From the IMG/VR virus record IMGVR_UViG_3300043015_001816, positions 1-54,546 of that record: DNA of 54,546 nucleotides. One strand, 5' to 3'. The notes under the pieces are model-generated. The model searched no databases. It saw nothing but the letters and a program-made list of their open reading frames with translations, and was not told where the DNA came from. Of this stretch, positions 29,305-38,306 are shown one piece after another; positions within the stretch are counted from its first letter, which is position 1, and each line of letters opens with the position of its first letter. The DNA comes from a virus. Its lineage: Duplodnaviria > Caudoviricetes. Made by a program: the position numbers and the translations under genes.

Positions 29305-29533
29305 CTTTGGCTCTTTCTAGATAGAGTATTGCGTCCATAAGCTCTTGCTTTAGATGCTCCATCCACTCCACCAAAGATAATTCATTTTCAGCTAATGTAG
29401 TTCCGTATTTATTGATCCCGACCTCACTTCGGTCCCTGAACTCACCTCTTATTTTTTCTACGATAGGATCTGGCTTCATTTTAAAAACCACATCTTCCTT
29501 CATTTCATGATATTTTTTAATGCTATCACTCAT
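29273..29533 (-). CDS. Small all-alpha protein, possibly MazG-like NTP pyrophosphatase fold
   Basis: RSEVGINKYGTTL..EW..HLKQELMDAILY resembles the ExxD motif. Confidence 0.55.
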   Translation of the reverse strand: MSDSIKKYHEMKEDVVFKMKPDPIVEKIRGEFRDRSEVGINKYGTTLAENELSLVEWMEHLKQELMDAILYLERAKDEISNRQSGL

Positions 29534-29629
29534 TATTTAAGATTTTGTAGAGTATCCTTATTAGGCCAACCTCGATCACTCTACATAATACATAAAAGAA
29601 AAAGCCCTGAAGTATTGCAGTTCCCATAA

Positions 29630-29854
29630 TTATTTGATTAATTCGTTAGACTCTTTAGTATCTTGTTCTCTATCTTTTTTAAGATCATCCTTCAGCTTCT
29701 TTATCGCTTTGTCGTATCCAGACATTCGTTGTAATATTTCTAGCATCCCAGCCGAGAGGGTTTGGGTTTTTCTTTGGTCCGTCAAGATCATCGTCAGCAA
29801 TCTTTCGTGCGTCTCGATCTTGTTCCTCATCTTTATTAACTCGTTTTCCTTCAT
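29630..29854 (-). CDS. Hypothetical coiled-coil protein
   Basis: Likely start is MKENEL, after an A-rich leader, rather than the upstream start in the track. Confidence 0.55.
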   Translation of the reverse strand: MKENELIKMRNKIETHERLLTMILTDQRKTQTLSAGMLEILQRMSGYDKAIKKLKDDLKKDREQDTKESNELIK

Positions 29855-29956
29855 CGTTTTGTTTTTTAAATTTACAAAAGCAGCCACCAACATCAAGCCA
29901 GCAGTCGCATATTCTCATTTGGTTGGAACTCACCAATCTTTATCTTTATAATTGTT

Positions 29957-30304
29957 TCAATTAAAAATATAGGATCCATAACCCACTAAAAGATTGAGGT
30001 TCACTATAACTAAATTCCACTGCTTAGCAACAAACACTTGTGGCATTGATAGACAAGCCCCAATAACATACGTAAAAGCTCCTATATTATTGTAAGGTAA
30101 AAGGTAAGGAGAAAGCATTATAAACGCCGTCCCCATGTATCCGAACCTATTAGAAAGCCTTTCAATTGGAGTCAGCATTCTTTCTTTCACCAATAATCTT
30201 AGCCATCTTTGTTTAAACCTGTATTCACATTTAACACAAGTAAGCCTGTTAACCCTAAATTTACTTTCTGGTTTTTCTTTATAACACTTGTTGCATCTTT
30301 TCAT
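29957..30304 (-). CDS. Zn-ribbon (2x CxxC) fused to a small multi-pass membrane domain
   Basis: CNKC...CVKC followed by two or three hydrophobic segments. Confidence 0.6.
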   Translation of the reverse strand: MKRCNKCYKEKPESKFRVNRLTCVKCEYRFKQRWLRLLVKERMLTPIERLSNRFGYMGTAFIMLSPYLLPYNNIGAFTYVIGACLSMPQVFVAKQWNLVIVNLNLLVGYGSYIFN

Positions 30305-30310
30305 TAGCTA

Positions 30311-30397
30311 TCACTTTAACCAGTAAATCATAAACCACCCCCACAAAAATAAAGCAACCATAATGATTAATGAATCTAAGAAGCCTAAAATTGTCAT
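30311..30397 (-). CDS. 28-aa single-pass membrane peptide (not in track)
   Basis: MTILGFLDSLIIMVALFLWGWFMIYWLK; ATGA-coupled to the upstream ORF. Confidence 0.5.
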   Translation of the reverse strand: MTILGFLDSLIIMVALFLWGWFMIYWLK

Positions 30398-30525
30398 AGT
30401 TTGTTGTATATTTTATAAACACAAACGCATAAAAAAACCACACAAAAAACAAAGAACAAAACACCTATGCTATACAGTGCAACAATAGCTCTCCATGTAT
30501 CGTTTATGATTCCTAAGTAAAGCAC
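30394..30525 (-). CDS. 43-aa membrane peptide (GTG start, not in track)
   Basis: MLYLGIINDTWRAIVALYSIGVLFFVFCVVFLCVCVYKIYNKL; start overlaps the phosphoesterase stop. Confidence 0.45.
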   Translation of the reverse strand: MLYLGIINDTWRAIVALYSIGVLFFVFCVVFLCVCVYKIYNKL

Positions 30526-31682
30526 TAAAACAAATGAGTAAATCTAGCAACCTGTCCGTGATCTTTTGAATGGATGAACCCCTCCACCGCTTTTGGAGCA
30601 TGTTGGTATCCATTTCTGTGATGCCACGAATCTGTTCCGGAGGGGGATCTTAATGCCTCCACAGTTACACCAATATAATCTTTAGAAACTTTGTGGTGAA
30701 GATGATGCATATAAACATACCTGTGTTTTGTTTTACTCCACATCTCTTTTGATTCTTGTGCCATCAGCAACGGAAGATCTTGCTGCTTAGCGCCATCCCC
30801 ATGAGTCGTCCCTATCAAAGAGTTACCATATTGGTAATATTTTCTGTGAGATATATTAGTGTCAAAAGTTATATTGTCACACCCCCTATACCAAGACTTA
30901 ATAGCGTCCGCCAAAAAGAATCCATTTTGATAATCATGATTAGATGGATTATACATTACATGTACATCAGCAAGCTTAATAAGTTCATCAAGGATATCAA
31001 TGTAAAGTTTCTTTGCTATTAAAAAGTTATTATACCACATCCCGTCAGTGTCCTGTGGCGTTCCGGCAGTTGTCGTTCTTCTGGGTGTGTCAATATGAAG
31101 GATGTCATTGCCAGCTACAAATACAATCTTATCTATGTTAAAGGAACTGGACTTTTCTATAATACCAGCAACTCCGTCTTTAACTCTTTTGACTGCAATC
31201 TGGTTGTTATAATCTTCTCCTGTTTCGAAACTTGAAGCAAGCTTCCCAATGTGTATATCAGCAGGATCAATAACAAGTAAGCAAGGATCAGTATAACTTG
31301 GTCGTTCAATTTTTTCATAATTAAATGTGTGATTTTGTACGTCATGAATGTGATCTCTAAGCATCTCTTCAAACGTTGGTCCTTCACTTAAGCTAGGCTT
31401 GAATTGAATAGACCAGTGTTTGTCCTTATTCCAAGCAAGGCCAACGCTAGACACGTTAATACCTCTTTCATCGCACGCTTCAGCTAAGGCAGGGTGCTCA
31501 TCAACTCTTTTCTTTTTTGTATAAGCCACCCTCAACAACGAAGAAGTCTGGTGTTGTGTTCTCACCTCATCATCAATCCGATACTTATCGTGAAGAATTT
31601 CGGAGATCTTCGCATAAGAGTAGCCATTAACTTCCCTCATAGAGACCCCTTCATTTATCAATTCTGTTATATTAATCATCAT
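30525..31682 (-). CDS. Calcineurin-like metallophosphoesterase with N-terminal HTH-like region
   Basis: Metal-binding motifs ADIH, GNDILH, SNHD, THGD and HHLHH. Confidence 0.85.
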   Translation of the reverse strand: MMINITELINEGVSMREVNGYSYAKISEILHDKYRIDDEVRTQHQTSSLLRVAYTKKKRVDEHPALAEACDERGINVSSVGLAWNKDKHWSIQFKPSLSEGPTFEEMLRDHIHDVQNHTFNYEKIERPSYTDPCLLVIDPADIHIGKLASSFETGEDYNNQIAVKRVKDGVAGIIEKSSSFNIDKIVFVAGNDILHIDTPRRTTTAGTPQDTDGMWYNNFLIAKKLYIDILDELIKLADVHVMYNPSNHDYQNGFFLADAIKSWYRGCDNITFDTNISHRKYYQYGNSLIGTTHGDGAKQQDLPLLMAQESKEMWSKTKHRYVYMHHLHHKVSKDYIGVTVEALRSPSGTDSWHHRNGYQHAPKAVEGFIHSKDHGQVARFTHLF

Positions 31683-31848
31683 CTTTGGTTTGCAAGTGTA
31701 GTGTTTCGATTAGACTTTTTAATTCAATAAAAGTATTTTCTAGTTCAATTCCGGCATCTGGCAGAAGCAGAAAGAACTGAACATCATTACAAAGGCCTAC
31801 TAGCCTCCTCTTCATATACTCAATATACTTCTGCCGTTTCCCCTTCAT
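31672..31848 (-). CDS. 58-aa hypothetical protein (not in track)
   Basis: MKGKRQKYIEYMKRRL...QTKDDD; fills the gap and overlaps both neighbours. Confidence 0.55.
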   Translation of the reverse strand: MKGKRQKYIEYMKRRLVGLCNDVQFFLLLPDAGIELENTFIELKSLIETLHLQTKDDD

Positions 31849-32168
31849 GAATCTTTATCTTGATGAATCAATAACTGACCACCAAGTGAGCTGTCTATTC
31901 TTTTTATATATCTATAAATAACTCTGGATTTCTTTTTTGTTTCCGCTATTTCAGATTTGGTTGAGTCGACGCCTTGATTAACGTACATAACGGCATCTAG
32001 CTCTAGCAGAGAGTCGATCTTTTGTTTGTCTGTTAAGGTTTTGTAAGAGAATATCTTGTCGCAGAACCCCTGAACATCTAGTTGAAAGATGTTAAACTTT
32101 TCGCCCCTGTACTTACCAAACCTTGTTTCAAAGCTACTCATGACTAAAATTTTAATAAAGTTAGACAA
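31845..32168 (-). CDS. Conserved hypothetical protein
   Basis: KQKIDSLLELDA..Y.N.G.DS...KKKSR.IY motif; true start probably an internal ATG. Confidence 0.6.
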   Translation of the reverse strand: MSNFIKILVMSSFETRFGKYRGEKFNIFQLDVQGFCDKIFSYKTLTDKQKIDSLLELDAVMYVNQGVDSTKSEIAETKKKSRVIYRYIKRIDSSLGGQLLIHQDKDS

Positions 32169-32191
32169 AATGATAACAAAAACAAAACTTA

Positions 32192-32455
32192 TTAAATGTT
32201 TTTAACATTTTTATTGTATAAGTGCCTATATATCCCTGCCATAACCCTTGAAGCGTTATTTTTTAGGTAGCTGTTTGAAGATTCTTTTTCTTTAATAATT
32301 CCGTTTTGAACATACTCAACCACAACTTTGTATTCCCCCCCTTTAAAAGGCTTCATAAAACATCTCATCTTATTTCTAAGACACCAAGACATAGCAACTC
32401 TATCCTCGTATGTGGGATAATATGGGTCATCTTTAATTTTTTTTGGCCTTCCCAT
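32192..32455 (-). CDS. Hypothetical protein
   Basis: 87-aa basic ORF beginning MGRPKK. Confidence 0.6.
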   Translation of the reverse strand: MGRPKKIKDDPYYPTYEDRVAMSWCLRNKMRCFMKPFKGGEYKVVVEYVQNGIIKEKESSNSYLKNNASRVMAGIYRHLYNKNVKNI

Positions 32456-32460
32456 AACTT

Positions 32461-34251
32461 TTAGAATGGTAAATCATCAAGATCAAAAGCTTCTCTAACT
32501 GTCTTCATTTCTAAAGGAGCCTCTGCCTTGTCGAAAACAAAGGTTGGTGGGTTTGGTCCAACGTAATATCTACCAGATGGTAAGTGATAGTTAAAGATTT
32601 CTCTTTGAGCCATCTCCCCCTGAAATTTCATCTTTACCTTCTCTGTTATAAATTCTATTTGGTTTTTATCTATAAGAATATTTTGTTCTTGGACATCTTC
32701 AAAGTATCTATAAATCGTAAACCCATCATGAGTTTGGTTTCTGAAGTCCGCTGACCCAGATATATCATAAAGTGAAGGCTTGTTGTATATGCCAGACTCA
32801 TTCTTCTGCATCTTGGTTGGGTGTGCTATTAAAAATATTATAACATTATTCATTTGAGCGAACATAGTTAACTGGGTGAGGACCCTTTTAATCCTGCTCA
32901 ATTCATTATCCTTCCTGTCATCATAGTCAAGCTTATTAAAAGCATCAATGACAAATATATCTATGCCATAAATAAACATCTGCTCTTTAAATTTTTCCAT
33001 GAGCCAGTTCCAGGTCGGGAACTTTCCGTCCTCTGCGGAGGTTATATACAGCCTCTCTTGTGCCCATTCCTTATACCTGACAATTTCTTCTTTTGTTACT
33101 CTAGGTAGACCATCGTTGTCTCTAAAGAAGTTTTTTCCAAAGAACTTTTCTATGAATGTTGTTTGATGAAGAGCCATTGGATGATGCTCTGGAGAAAAGA
33201 AAGATGCCTTCATGTTGTAGTCTTTCATTAAATTCATTACATACCATTCGACAAAGTTTGATTTTCCATGGGAAGGAATACCTGTTCCAACAACCAAATG
33301 TCCCTTCATCACGCTAAAAATGCTTTTAAGATTACCAAAACATGGATGCTTAGGGTAAATTGTTTCCGGCATACCATTGTTATGAAGATCCATGATATCA
33401 TCCATCATATCATCGACAGTAAACGTACCGCTTGAAGGATATTTTTTTGAAGATCTTATAGACTCTAACAAAACATCATCTCCTTCTATTAAGTCACCAT
33501 TAGCATCTTTATTTTTGAAAAGTATTCTTTCGCATCTATACCTTCCAAGCCTCTGAACTATTTTTTCCGCAACAGCTTCTCCTTTTTCGTCATTGTCTGT
33601 GCATATATAAAACTTCTTAATGTCTTGGAGGTATCTCTCTGAGTTAATCCAAAAGTCATCATTGTCGTTGGCCCCGTTGGGAATGCTAACTGTGTTTTTA
33701 AAACCTGCCTGATGCATAGCTAATACGTCAAACTCCCCCTCAACTATATACAACTCATCCTGTCCAAGCGCTGCATTTATATTGTACAGTATTGGTTTTG
33801 TTTGTGCTGTCTGGGTAAAGTGTTTTCCTCCAGACCTATACTTTTTGTTCACAAGAACATCACCCTCGAAGTAATTAAAAACAATGTTGTTCATCTTTTG
33901 TCCTGCTTGTGGCTGAAAATAAACCTCCTCTGTTATATTCATTACCTTAAGAGTGGACTGTCTAAGTCCTCTTGATTCGCACCATTTAACCATTGAGTCA
34001 GACAGATCGGTGTAATTTTTCCATGTTTGTTCTGGAATCTTATAATCAATACGGACGTTCTCTTTGTAATCAGATCGTATTGATATAGCTTCGCAGTGAT
34101 GACATTTGGCAACACCTTTAGATATATTTACACTTAAACTCCTGTCTCTTTTGTTCTTCCTATCCGAAGTACATGCAGGGCAAACAAGTTTATGTTGTCC
34201 AGAAGATTTCCCTTTAAGGTCAATTGACGACCATTCGATTGTGTTTTTCAC
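32461..34251 (-). CDS. Primase-helicase (T7 gp4/Twinkle-like)
   Basis: Zn finger CPAC...CHHC, TOPRIM IVEGEFD, DND and KDAN, SF4 Walker A GIPSHGKS, VIDAFN, AHPTK, YDISGSADF. Confidence 0.93.
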   Translation of the reverse strand: MKNTIEWSSIDLKGKSSGQHKLVCPACTSDRKNKRDRSLSVNISKGVAKCHHCEAISIRSDYKENVRIDYKIPEQTWKNYTDLSDSMVKWCESRGLRQSTLKVMNITEEVYFQPQAGQKMNNIVFNYFEGDVLVNKKYRSGGKHFTQTAQTKPILYNINAALGQDELYIVEGEFDVLAMHQAGFKNTVSIPNGANDNDDFWINSERYLQDIKKFYICTDNDEKGEAVAEKIVQRLGRYRCERILFKNKDANGDLIEGDDVLLESIRSSKKYPSSGTFTVDDMMDDIMDLHNNGMPETIYPKHPCFGNLKSIFSVMKGHLVVGTGIPSHGKSNFVEWYVMNLMKDYNMKASFFSPEHHPMALHQTTFIEKFFGKNFFRDNDGLPRVTKEEIVRYKEWAQERLYITSAEDGKFPTWNWLMEKFKEQMFIYGIDIFVIDAFNKLDYDDRKDNELSRIKRVLTQLTMFAQMNNVIIFLIAHPTKMQKNESGIYNKPSLYDISGSADFRNQTHDGFTIYRYFEDVQEQNILIDKNQIEFITEKVKMKFQGEMAQREIFNYHLPSGRYYVGPNPPTFVFDKAEAPLEMKTVREAFDLDDLPF

Positions 34252-34916
34252 AGTGCGGGCTTTTGGGATTTAATTATCTTTCTACCATTCATTCCTTTGC
34301 CAGTAGTTTTTTTATACCACCTAACAAAGTATTGCCTGTACTCTTGTGGAGATGTGGAGGTAGTTCCATTTAGTGTAGCGTGGTTTGTAAAATTATTTAT
34401 ATACTCTTGAAACTGATGATCGTTTAAAAGAAAGTTGTTCATTACTGCTTTAATCCACTTCGAATCAGACAAGCAAATTTTCTTCGCCTCTTCTATTTCT
34501 ATTATATTATTATCGTTATTTATATTATTTATATTATTAGTTGGTGTTATTCTCGTGTTATTCTCGTGTTGATCGGGTGTTATTTGAGTGTTGTTTTTAT
34601 TATAACTACCTTGGTAATCGCTATATTTTACTACAGATACAAGAAGATATTTGGGTGTTGCTTTTGTTTCTAAAATTTTACTGTCCTTGAGTTTTGACAT
34701 AGCGGTTCTAACTTGCTGTCGAGAAAGCCCTAAAGAGTCTCCTATTTTGTCGTATGATGTGGCAAAAGATCCTCGTTTAATTAGACTGTTTTCAAACATC
34801 TTGTTCTTATAATTAGCATTCAGTAGGCAGTGTATAAATACACGAAACACATTAGGATTTCTATACCACTGCCAGCTCAGTATTTTTCTGTCTAATTGTA
34901 TGAATGAATTCTTCAT
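34248..34916 (-). CDS. Replication initiator / replisome organiser (wHTH)
   Basis: FIQLDRKIL.WQWY, IKRGSFATS...LSRQQVRT; N-rich linker; helical C-domain. Confidence 0.75.
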   Translation of the reverse strand: MKNSFIQLDRKILSWQWYRNPNVFRVFIHCLLNANYKNKMFENSLIKRGSFATSYDKIGDSLGLSRQQVRTAMSKLKDSKILETKATPKYLLVSVVKYSDYQGSYNKNNTQITPDQHENNTRITPTNNINNINNDNNIIEIEEAKKICLSDSKWIKAVMNNFLLNDHQFQEYINNFTNHATLNGTTSTSPQEYRQYFVRWYKKTTGKGMNGRKIIKSQKPAL

Positions 34917-35424
34917 CGTCTATGTATCTTTCTTTAATTCCTTGTGGGATTTCGTTTATTAGTTCTAGTAGATAGTTTACATTAAAAACAAGCTCTGCAT
35001 TAATAGTTTTTAGCTCGTCCAAGTCTTGGTCCTCAAGCGAGTGTTTAACTATCTTTATAGTCTCACTTTTTTTACTTTCTATTTCTATTTTTCTAATACA
35101 ATCGTAGTAGTATTCTACGAAAATCGGTAGTTTTTGAAAATGAATAATGCCTTCCATTGTTTTTATTGCATGAAGAACAGTGGCATGATCTCTATTAAAA
35201 TACTTACCAACTTTAGCAAGTTCAAGAACGCATAAATCCCTGATCAAATACATAGTAAGCTGTCTGATTTCTACATAAGGTCTTTTTCTAGTGTTTAAGT
35301 TTTCTAATGGATTGATCTTTGTTACAGAATAAACTATTTCACAAATTTTAATTGGGTCTAAATTTATTCTCTTAAATCTCTTTCGGTTTAATGGACTGTC
35401 CACTAATCTTGATGGATGTTTCAT
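34861..35424 (-). CDS. Stand-alone DnaA C-terminal (domain IV) DNA-binding protein
   Basis: TRKRPYVEIRQLTMYL...VGKYFNRDHATVLHA matches the DnaA signature; no AAA+ domain. Confidence 0.8.
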   Translation of the reverse strand: MKHPSRLVDSPLNRKRFKRINLDPIKICEIVYSVTKINPLENLNTRKRPYVEIRQLTMYLIRDLCVLELAKVGKYFNRDHATVLHAIKTMEGIIHFQKLPIFVEYYYDCIRKIEIESKKSETIKIVKHSLEDQDLDELKTINAELVFNVNYLLELINEIPQGIKERYIDDEEFIHTIRQKNTELAVV

Positions 35425-35437
35425 AATGAATTGGATT

Positions 35438-35465
35438 AAAAAAGGGAGGTTGATAACCCCCCTTT
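35438..35465 (-). terminator. Intrinsic terminator downstream of SSB
   Basis: Minus strand ggggggtt-atc-aacctccc followed by T6. Confidence 0.7.
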
Positions 35466-35484
35466 CTGTTAATTAAATTAAAAT

Positions 35485-35736
35485 TTAAAAGGGCAGATCG
35501 TCGCTGATAGCAGGCTCTTTCCTTGTTGGTTGTTCTGCCTTATCTTTATTATAAGGCTCTCCAAATTTTAAAGAGAGAAACGTTTTCCCTGCTTTAGTTT
35601 GACTGATCCATCCAGCTACCTCAAGCTCTCTTCCGTTAACTAAAGCTGTTCCCTTGTAATCAGGCTGAGTATCTTTTTCCTTGTACTCGTTTTTGAAAAG
35701 ACTTCCTGTCAAGTCTTTGTGTTGATAATCACTCAT
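35485..35736 (-). CDS. Single-stranded DNA-binding protein (DUF736-like)
   Basis: GSLFKN...QPDYKG...VAGW...FLSL with acidic DDLPF tail. Confidence 0.75.
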   Translation of the reverse strand: MSDYQHKDLTGSLFKNEYKEKDTQPDYKGTALVNGRELEVAGWISQTKAGKTFLSLKFGEPYNKDKAEQPTRKEPAISDDLPF

Positions 35737-35740
35737 AATA

Positions 35741-36457
35741 TTAGATTATAGATTTTGGAATGCGACTGCCTATACTTACAGACAGACTTGTTAAATATTC
35801 TTTGCATACTTCTATGCGTTCATACAATCGCTGGACGTCCTCGTCGTTGTACTCGACTTTAAACTCTTTGATTCTAAGTTCCTCTGGGACGTCAGCGTAT
35901 TGAAGCCTATCGTAGACTTCTAGTTCAAGTTCTTCTGGGACTTCTATCATCCCAAGCTTCCAAGACAATCTTCTGATCTCATCTTGAATAAGCGTCATTG
36001 GTGTGTCTACTAAGCAGTAAGTTACTAAAGATTCTTTCTTTCCAGTTAGTGCCATGTATCCCTGCATTTGCCAATAGTATGCAGAGTTTGGTAGCTCTTC
36101 TTCATGCATGGGAAATGTTGTAAAGTCCCAAGAAGATTTTATATCTATTAGTTCATCTTCAATAATATCAGGAGTCCCACAGATAAGATCGTTCTCAAAA
36201 AACATTTCATTTTTTATGTATCTATGAGACTTGACTCTGCTGTACATTTCAATAGCGTCTTCCTCAACCTGCTTTCCCTTCTCAAGATACTTTGACTCGA
36301 TCTCTGTTGTCTTTCCAAAAACAACTTCCTTGTGTATCTCTTGAAGGTATTTTTTTGTAGTCGCTGACAGTAAGTCTTTCTTGTTTCTTGGATTTACCAT
36401 GAGTTTTCCCAGTGAAGAACACCTAAAGGTGTATGTATCAAATCCCTTTAATCGCAT
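35741..36457 (-). CDS. YqaJ/lambda-type exonuclease
   Basis: RCSSLG, KG..VE, GTPD, DIKSSW and YYWQMQGYM motifs. Confidence 0.85.
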   Translation of the reverse strand: MRLKGFDTYTFRCSSLGKLMVNPRNKKDLLSATTKKYLQEIHKEVVFGKTTEIESKYLEKGKQVEEDAIEMYSRVKSHRYIKNEMFFENDLICGTPDIIEDELIDIKSSWDFTTFPMHEEELPNSAYYWQMQGYMALTGKKESLVTYCLVDTPMTLIQDEIRRLSWKLGMIEVPEELELEVYDRLQYADVPEELRIKEFKVEYNDEDVQRLYERIEVCKEYLTSLSVSIGSRIPKSII

Positions 36458-36969
36458 GATGAGTTGTGTTTTCTTTTGCTTAAAATATAATGTAATGTTC
36501 CTGTGCTACTTATGTTGAAGTGTTCCATTGTCTTTTTTCTAGATCTTCCGCATTTATTGTAGTAATCAACCACTTCGTTTTTATTGTATTTGATACTCTT
36601 TTTTGTAGCTCGCATTTGCCTTTCCATTATAAGTTCCATTGGAAGATCTTTAAAGTTATCTAAGCATGTGCCTATTTCTATGTTTTCAGGTTTGTTGTTT
36701 GCCTTATTATTATCAAGATGTCTTACAACATTCCCTTTCTCATAAATTCTGTCCCCATATTTCTGATAAGCCATCAGCCTGTGGGCATAGAGTGACATAT
36801 TTTTCCCATCAACACTGACAGTGCATCTAACATACCCTTGTTTGTGCTTATAATTGCTGAGTTTTTCCCCTCTATATCCTATTAGAAAGCCATTTTCATC
36901 CACCACATACCCTCTCTTGCTGGCTATTTTTTCAATGAAGCTAAAGCTTCTTTTATTGTGTGATCTCAT
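36448..36969 (-). CDS. Free-standing HNH (homing-type) endonuclease
   Basis: YAHRLMA...VVRHLDNNKANN..ENI with C-terminal HTH. Confidence 0.85.
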   Translation of the reverse strand: MRSHNKRSFSFIEKIASKRGYVVDENGFLIGYRGEKLSNYKHKQGYVRCTVSVDGKNMSLYAHRLMAYQKYGDRIYEKGNVVRHLDNNKANNKPENIEIGTCLDNFKDLPMELIMERQMRATKKSIKYNKNEVVDYYNKCGRSRKKTMEHFNISSTGTLHYILSKRKHNSSCD

Positions 36970-37433
36970 TAGAATCCTATTTCGTTGTTAGTATTTTTAA
37001 AGTTGTGATAGTTTTGACTTTTACTAGCAGCGGCTTGCGCCTGTCTAAATTTTTTGTCAGTCTGGTTGCCATCATCATCTTCAGCCTCAAGCGCAAGCAA
37101 AGATTGTATAGAATATCTTCGATAGTATGTTATCTCAGATCCCCTTTCCTGTGGATTTGATTTGTTTATAGTTAAACCAGTCATTGCCTCTGTTGTTTCA
37201 AAGGGTGGAAAGGTTTCTCCACTTTCATTGTCCATTATAACAGTCACCACTTGATCTCTAACTATTGGCTGCAAGATTGTTAAACCAAGCTTCTCTGCTT
37301 GAGGTTTTACTTGCGCTAGTATTTGATTGATGTCTGCGTAGTTGTTTTTGTGAAATGGATTCTTTAGGCTTTTTTTAAGCTTATCAAGTCCTGATATTAG
37401 CTTCGCTAATTTTTGTGTCATTTGTGTTGTCAT
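36969..37433 (-). CDS. erf: ERF-family single-strand annealing protein
   Basis: NPFHK.NYAD and PQ..GS.ITY.RRYS...L...EDDDGN signature. Confidence 0.9.
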   Translation of the reverse strand: MTTQMTQKLAKLISGLDKLKKSLKNPFHKNNYADINQILAQVKPQAEKLGLTILQPIVRDQVVTVIMDNESGETFPPFETTEAMTGLTINKSNPQERGSEITYYRRYSIQSLLALEAEDDDGNQTDKKFRQAQAAASKSQNYHNFKNTNNEIGF

Positions 37434-37785
37434 AATAATTTTCTTTGATTTTATTTAAAGTTGGTGTGTTTGATTTTTCAAATGCTTTTATCTTGTCTCC
37501 GCTATCCTGAAGATTAAACAATAAGGCTCTCGAATAAATGTAAGACCTAGACAACTCCCTCAACCCTTTCGTCATGGCATATATTAAGTAGGGAGTTTCG
37601 ACTATCTTATATATATCAGATCCAGTTTGGTAGAGTTGTATCTTATTGTCTATATTCTCTAGCTTTAGTCCGGGTAAAAATATAGCTTGACTTCCGTCAG
37701 AAAACGTGTGCTTTCGCTGGAGCTTGATCTCCTTACTCCATAATTTTTCAAGCATGTGCTTTCTTCTCTCCGTTATTAGTGTCAT
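37384..37785 (-). CDS. Hypothetical protein
   Basis: 133-aa ORF in the operon. Confidence 0.55.
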   Translation of the reverse strand: MTLITERRKHMLEKLWSKEIKLQRKHTFSDGSQAIFLPGLKLENIDNKIQLYQTGSDIYKIVETPYLIYAMTKGLRELSRSYIYSRALLFNLQDSGDKIKAFEKSNTPTLNKIKENYYDNTNDTKISEANIRT

Positions 37786-37790
37786 TAAGT

Positions 37791-38012
37791 TTATATTTCC
37801 CTTAAGTATTCTCTTCTTTTGACAATCAGTTCGGCTCTGTTTTCTATTTTCTTTTGCATTTCTTCGCTAGTCAGACTAACTCGATAAAGAGCCTTGTCAA
37901 TGGCTAAGGCCGGAATCGATCTGTGTATCTCCATCATTTGGTTTGACACAAAACTCTTGTGTCTTTTGATCTTGTTTGATTTCAAGATTATCTGTTTTAG
38001 TTGTTTCAGCAT
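37791..38012 (-). CDS. Hypothetical basic protein
   Basis: 73 aa; A-rich leader. Confidence 0.5.
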   Translation of the reverse strand: MLKQLKQIILKSNKIKRHKSFVSNQMMEIHRSIPALAIDKALYRVSLTSEEMQKKIENRAELIVKRREYLREI

Positions 38013-38136
38013 TTTCTTGTTTTTTATGTTCTAAATACTCCCGCTCCATCCAATCTAGAGCGACTCTATTTGACTCTGCGTACGTTTCTACAAAGTCATC
38101 AAAGATTTCTTCGACTAATGATTTTGTTTTTCCCAT
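37897..38136 (-). CDS. Hypothetical protein
   Basis: Starts MGKTK; overlaps the next gene by 116 nt. Confidence 0.5.
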   Translation of the reverse strand: MGKTKSLVEEIFDDFVETYAESNRVALDWMEREYLEHKKQENAETTKTDNLEIKQDQKTQEFCVKPNDGDTQIDSGLSH

Positions 38137-38306
38137 GTTATTATATTTAATTCATTTAAAAACTCTTTTGTTTTACTCCACCAAACATTTCGCAAGTACA
38201 TTTTGTTATACTGCTTTTGGTTTAGTGAAGTATATCTAATAACTCCATCACCGCCTTTAGTAGACATGATGTATATTCCTGTCGGTAGCTTCTTAAACTG
38301 TGCCAT
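38115..38306 (-). CDS. Hypothetical protein
   Basis: 63-aa ORF chained to its neighbours. Confidence 0.55.
   Translation of the reverse strand: MAQFKKLPTGIYIMSTKGGDGVIRYTSLNQKQYNKMYLRNVWWSKTKEFLNELNIITWEKQNH

Noticed and set aside
29534-29956. ORFs 29634-29951 (+), 29685-29936 (-) and micro-ORFs near 29530-29630
   Set aside because: They overlap a better-supported gene or are too short to choose a frame.
31741-31762. T-loop-like gttcaattccggcatctggca suggesting a tRNA
   Set aside because: No matching T-stem, D-arm or anticodon arm; it is antisense to a 58-aa ORF.
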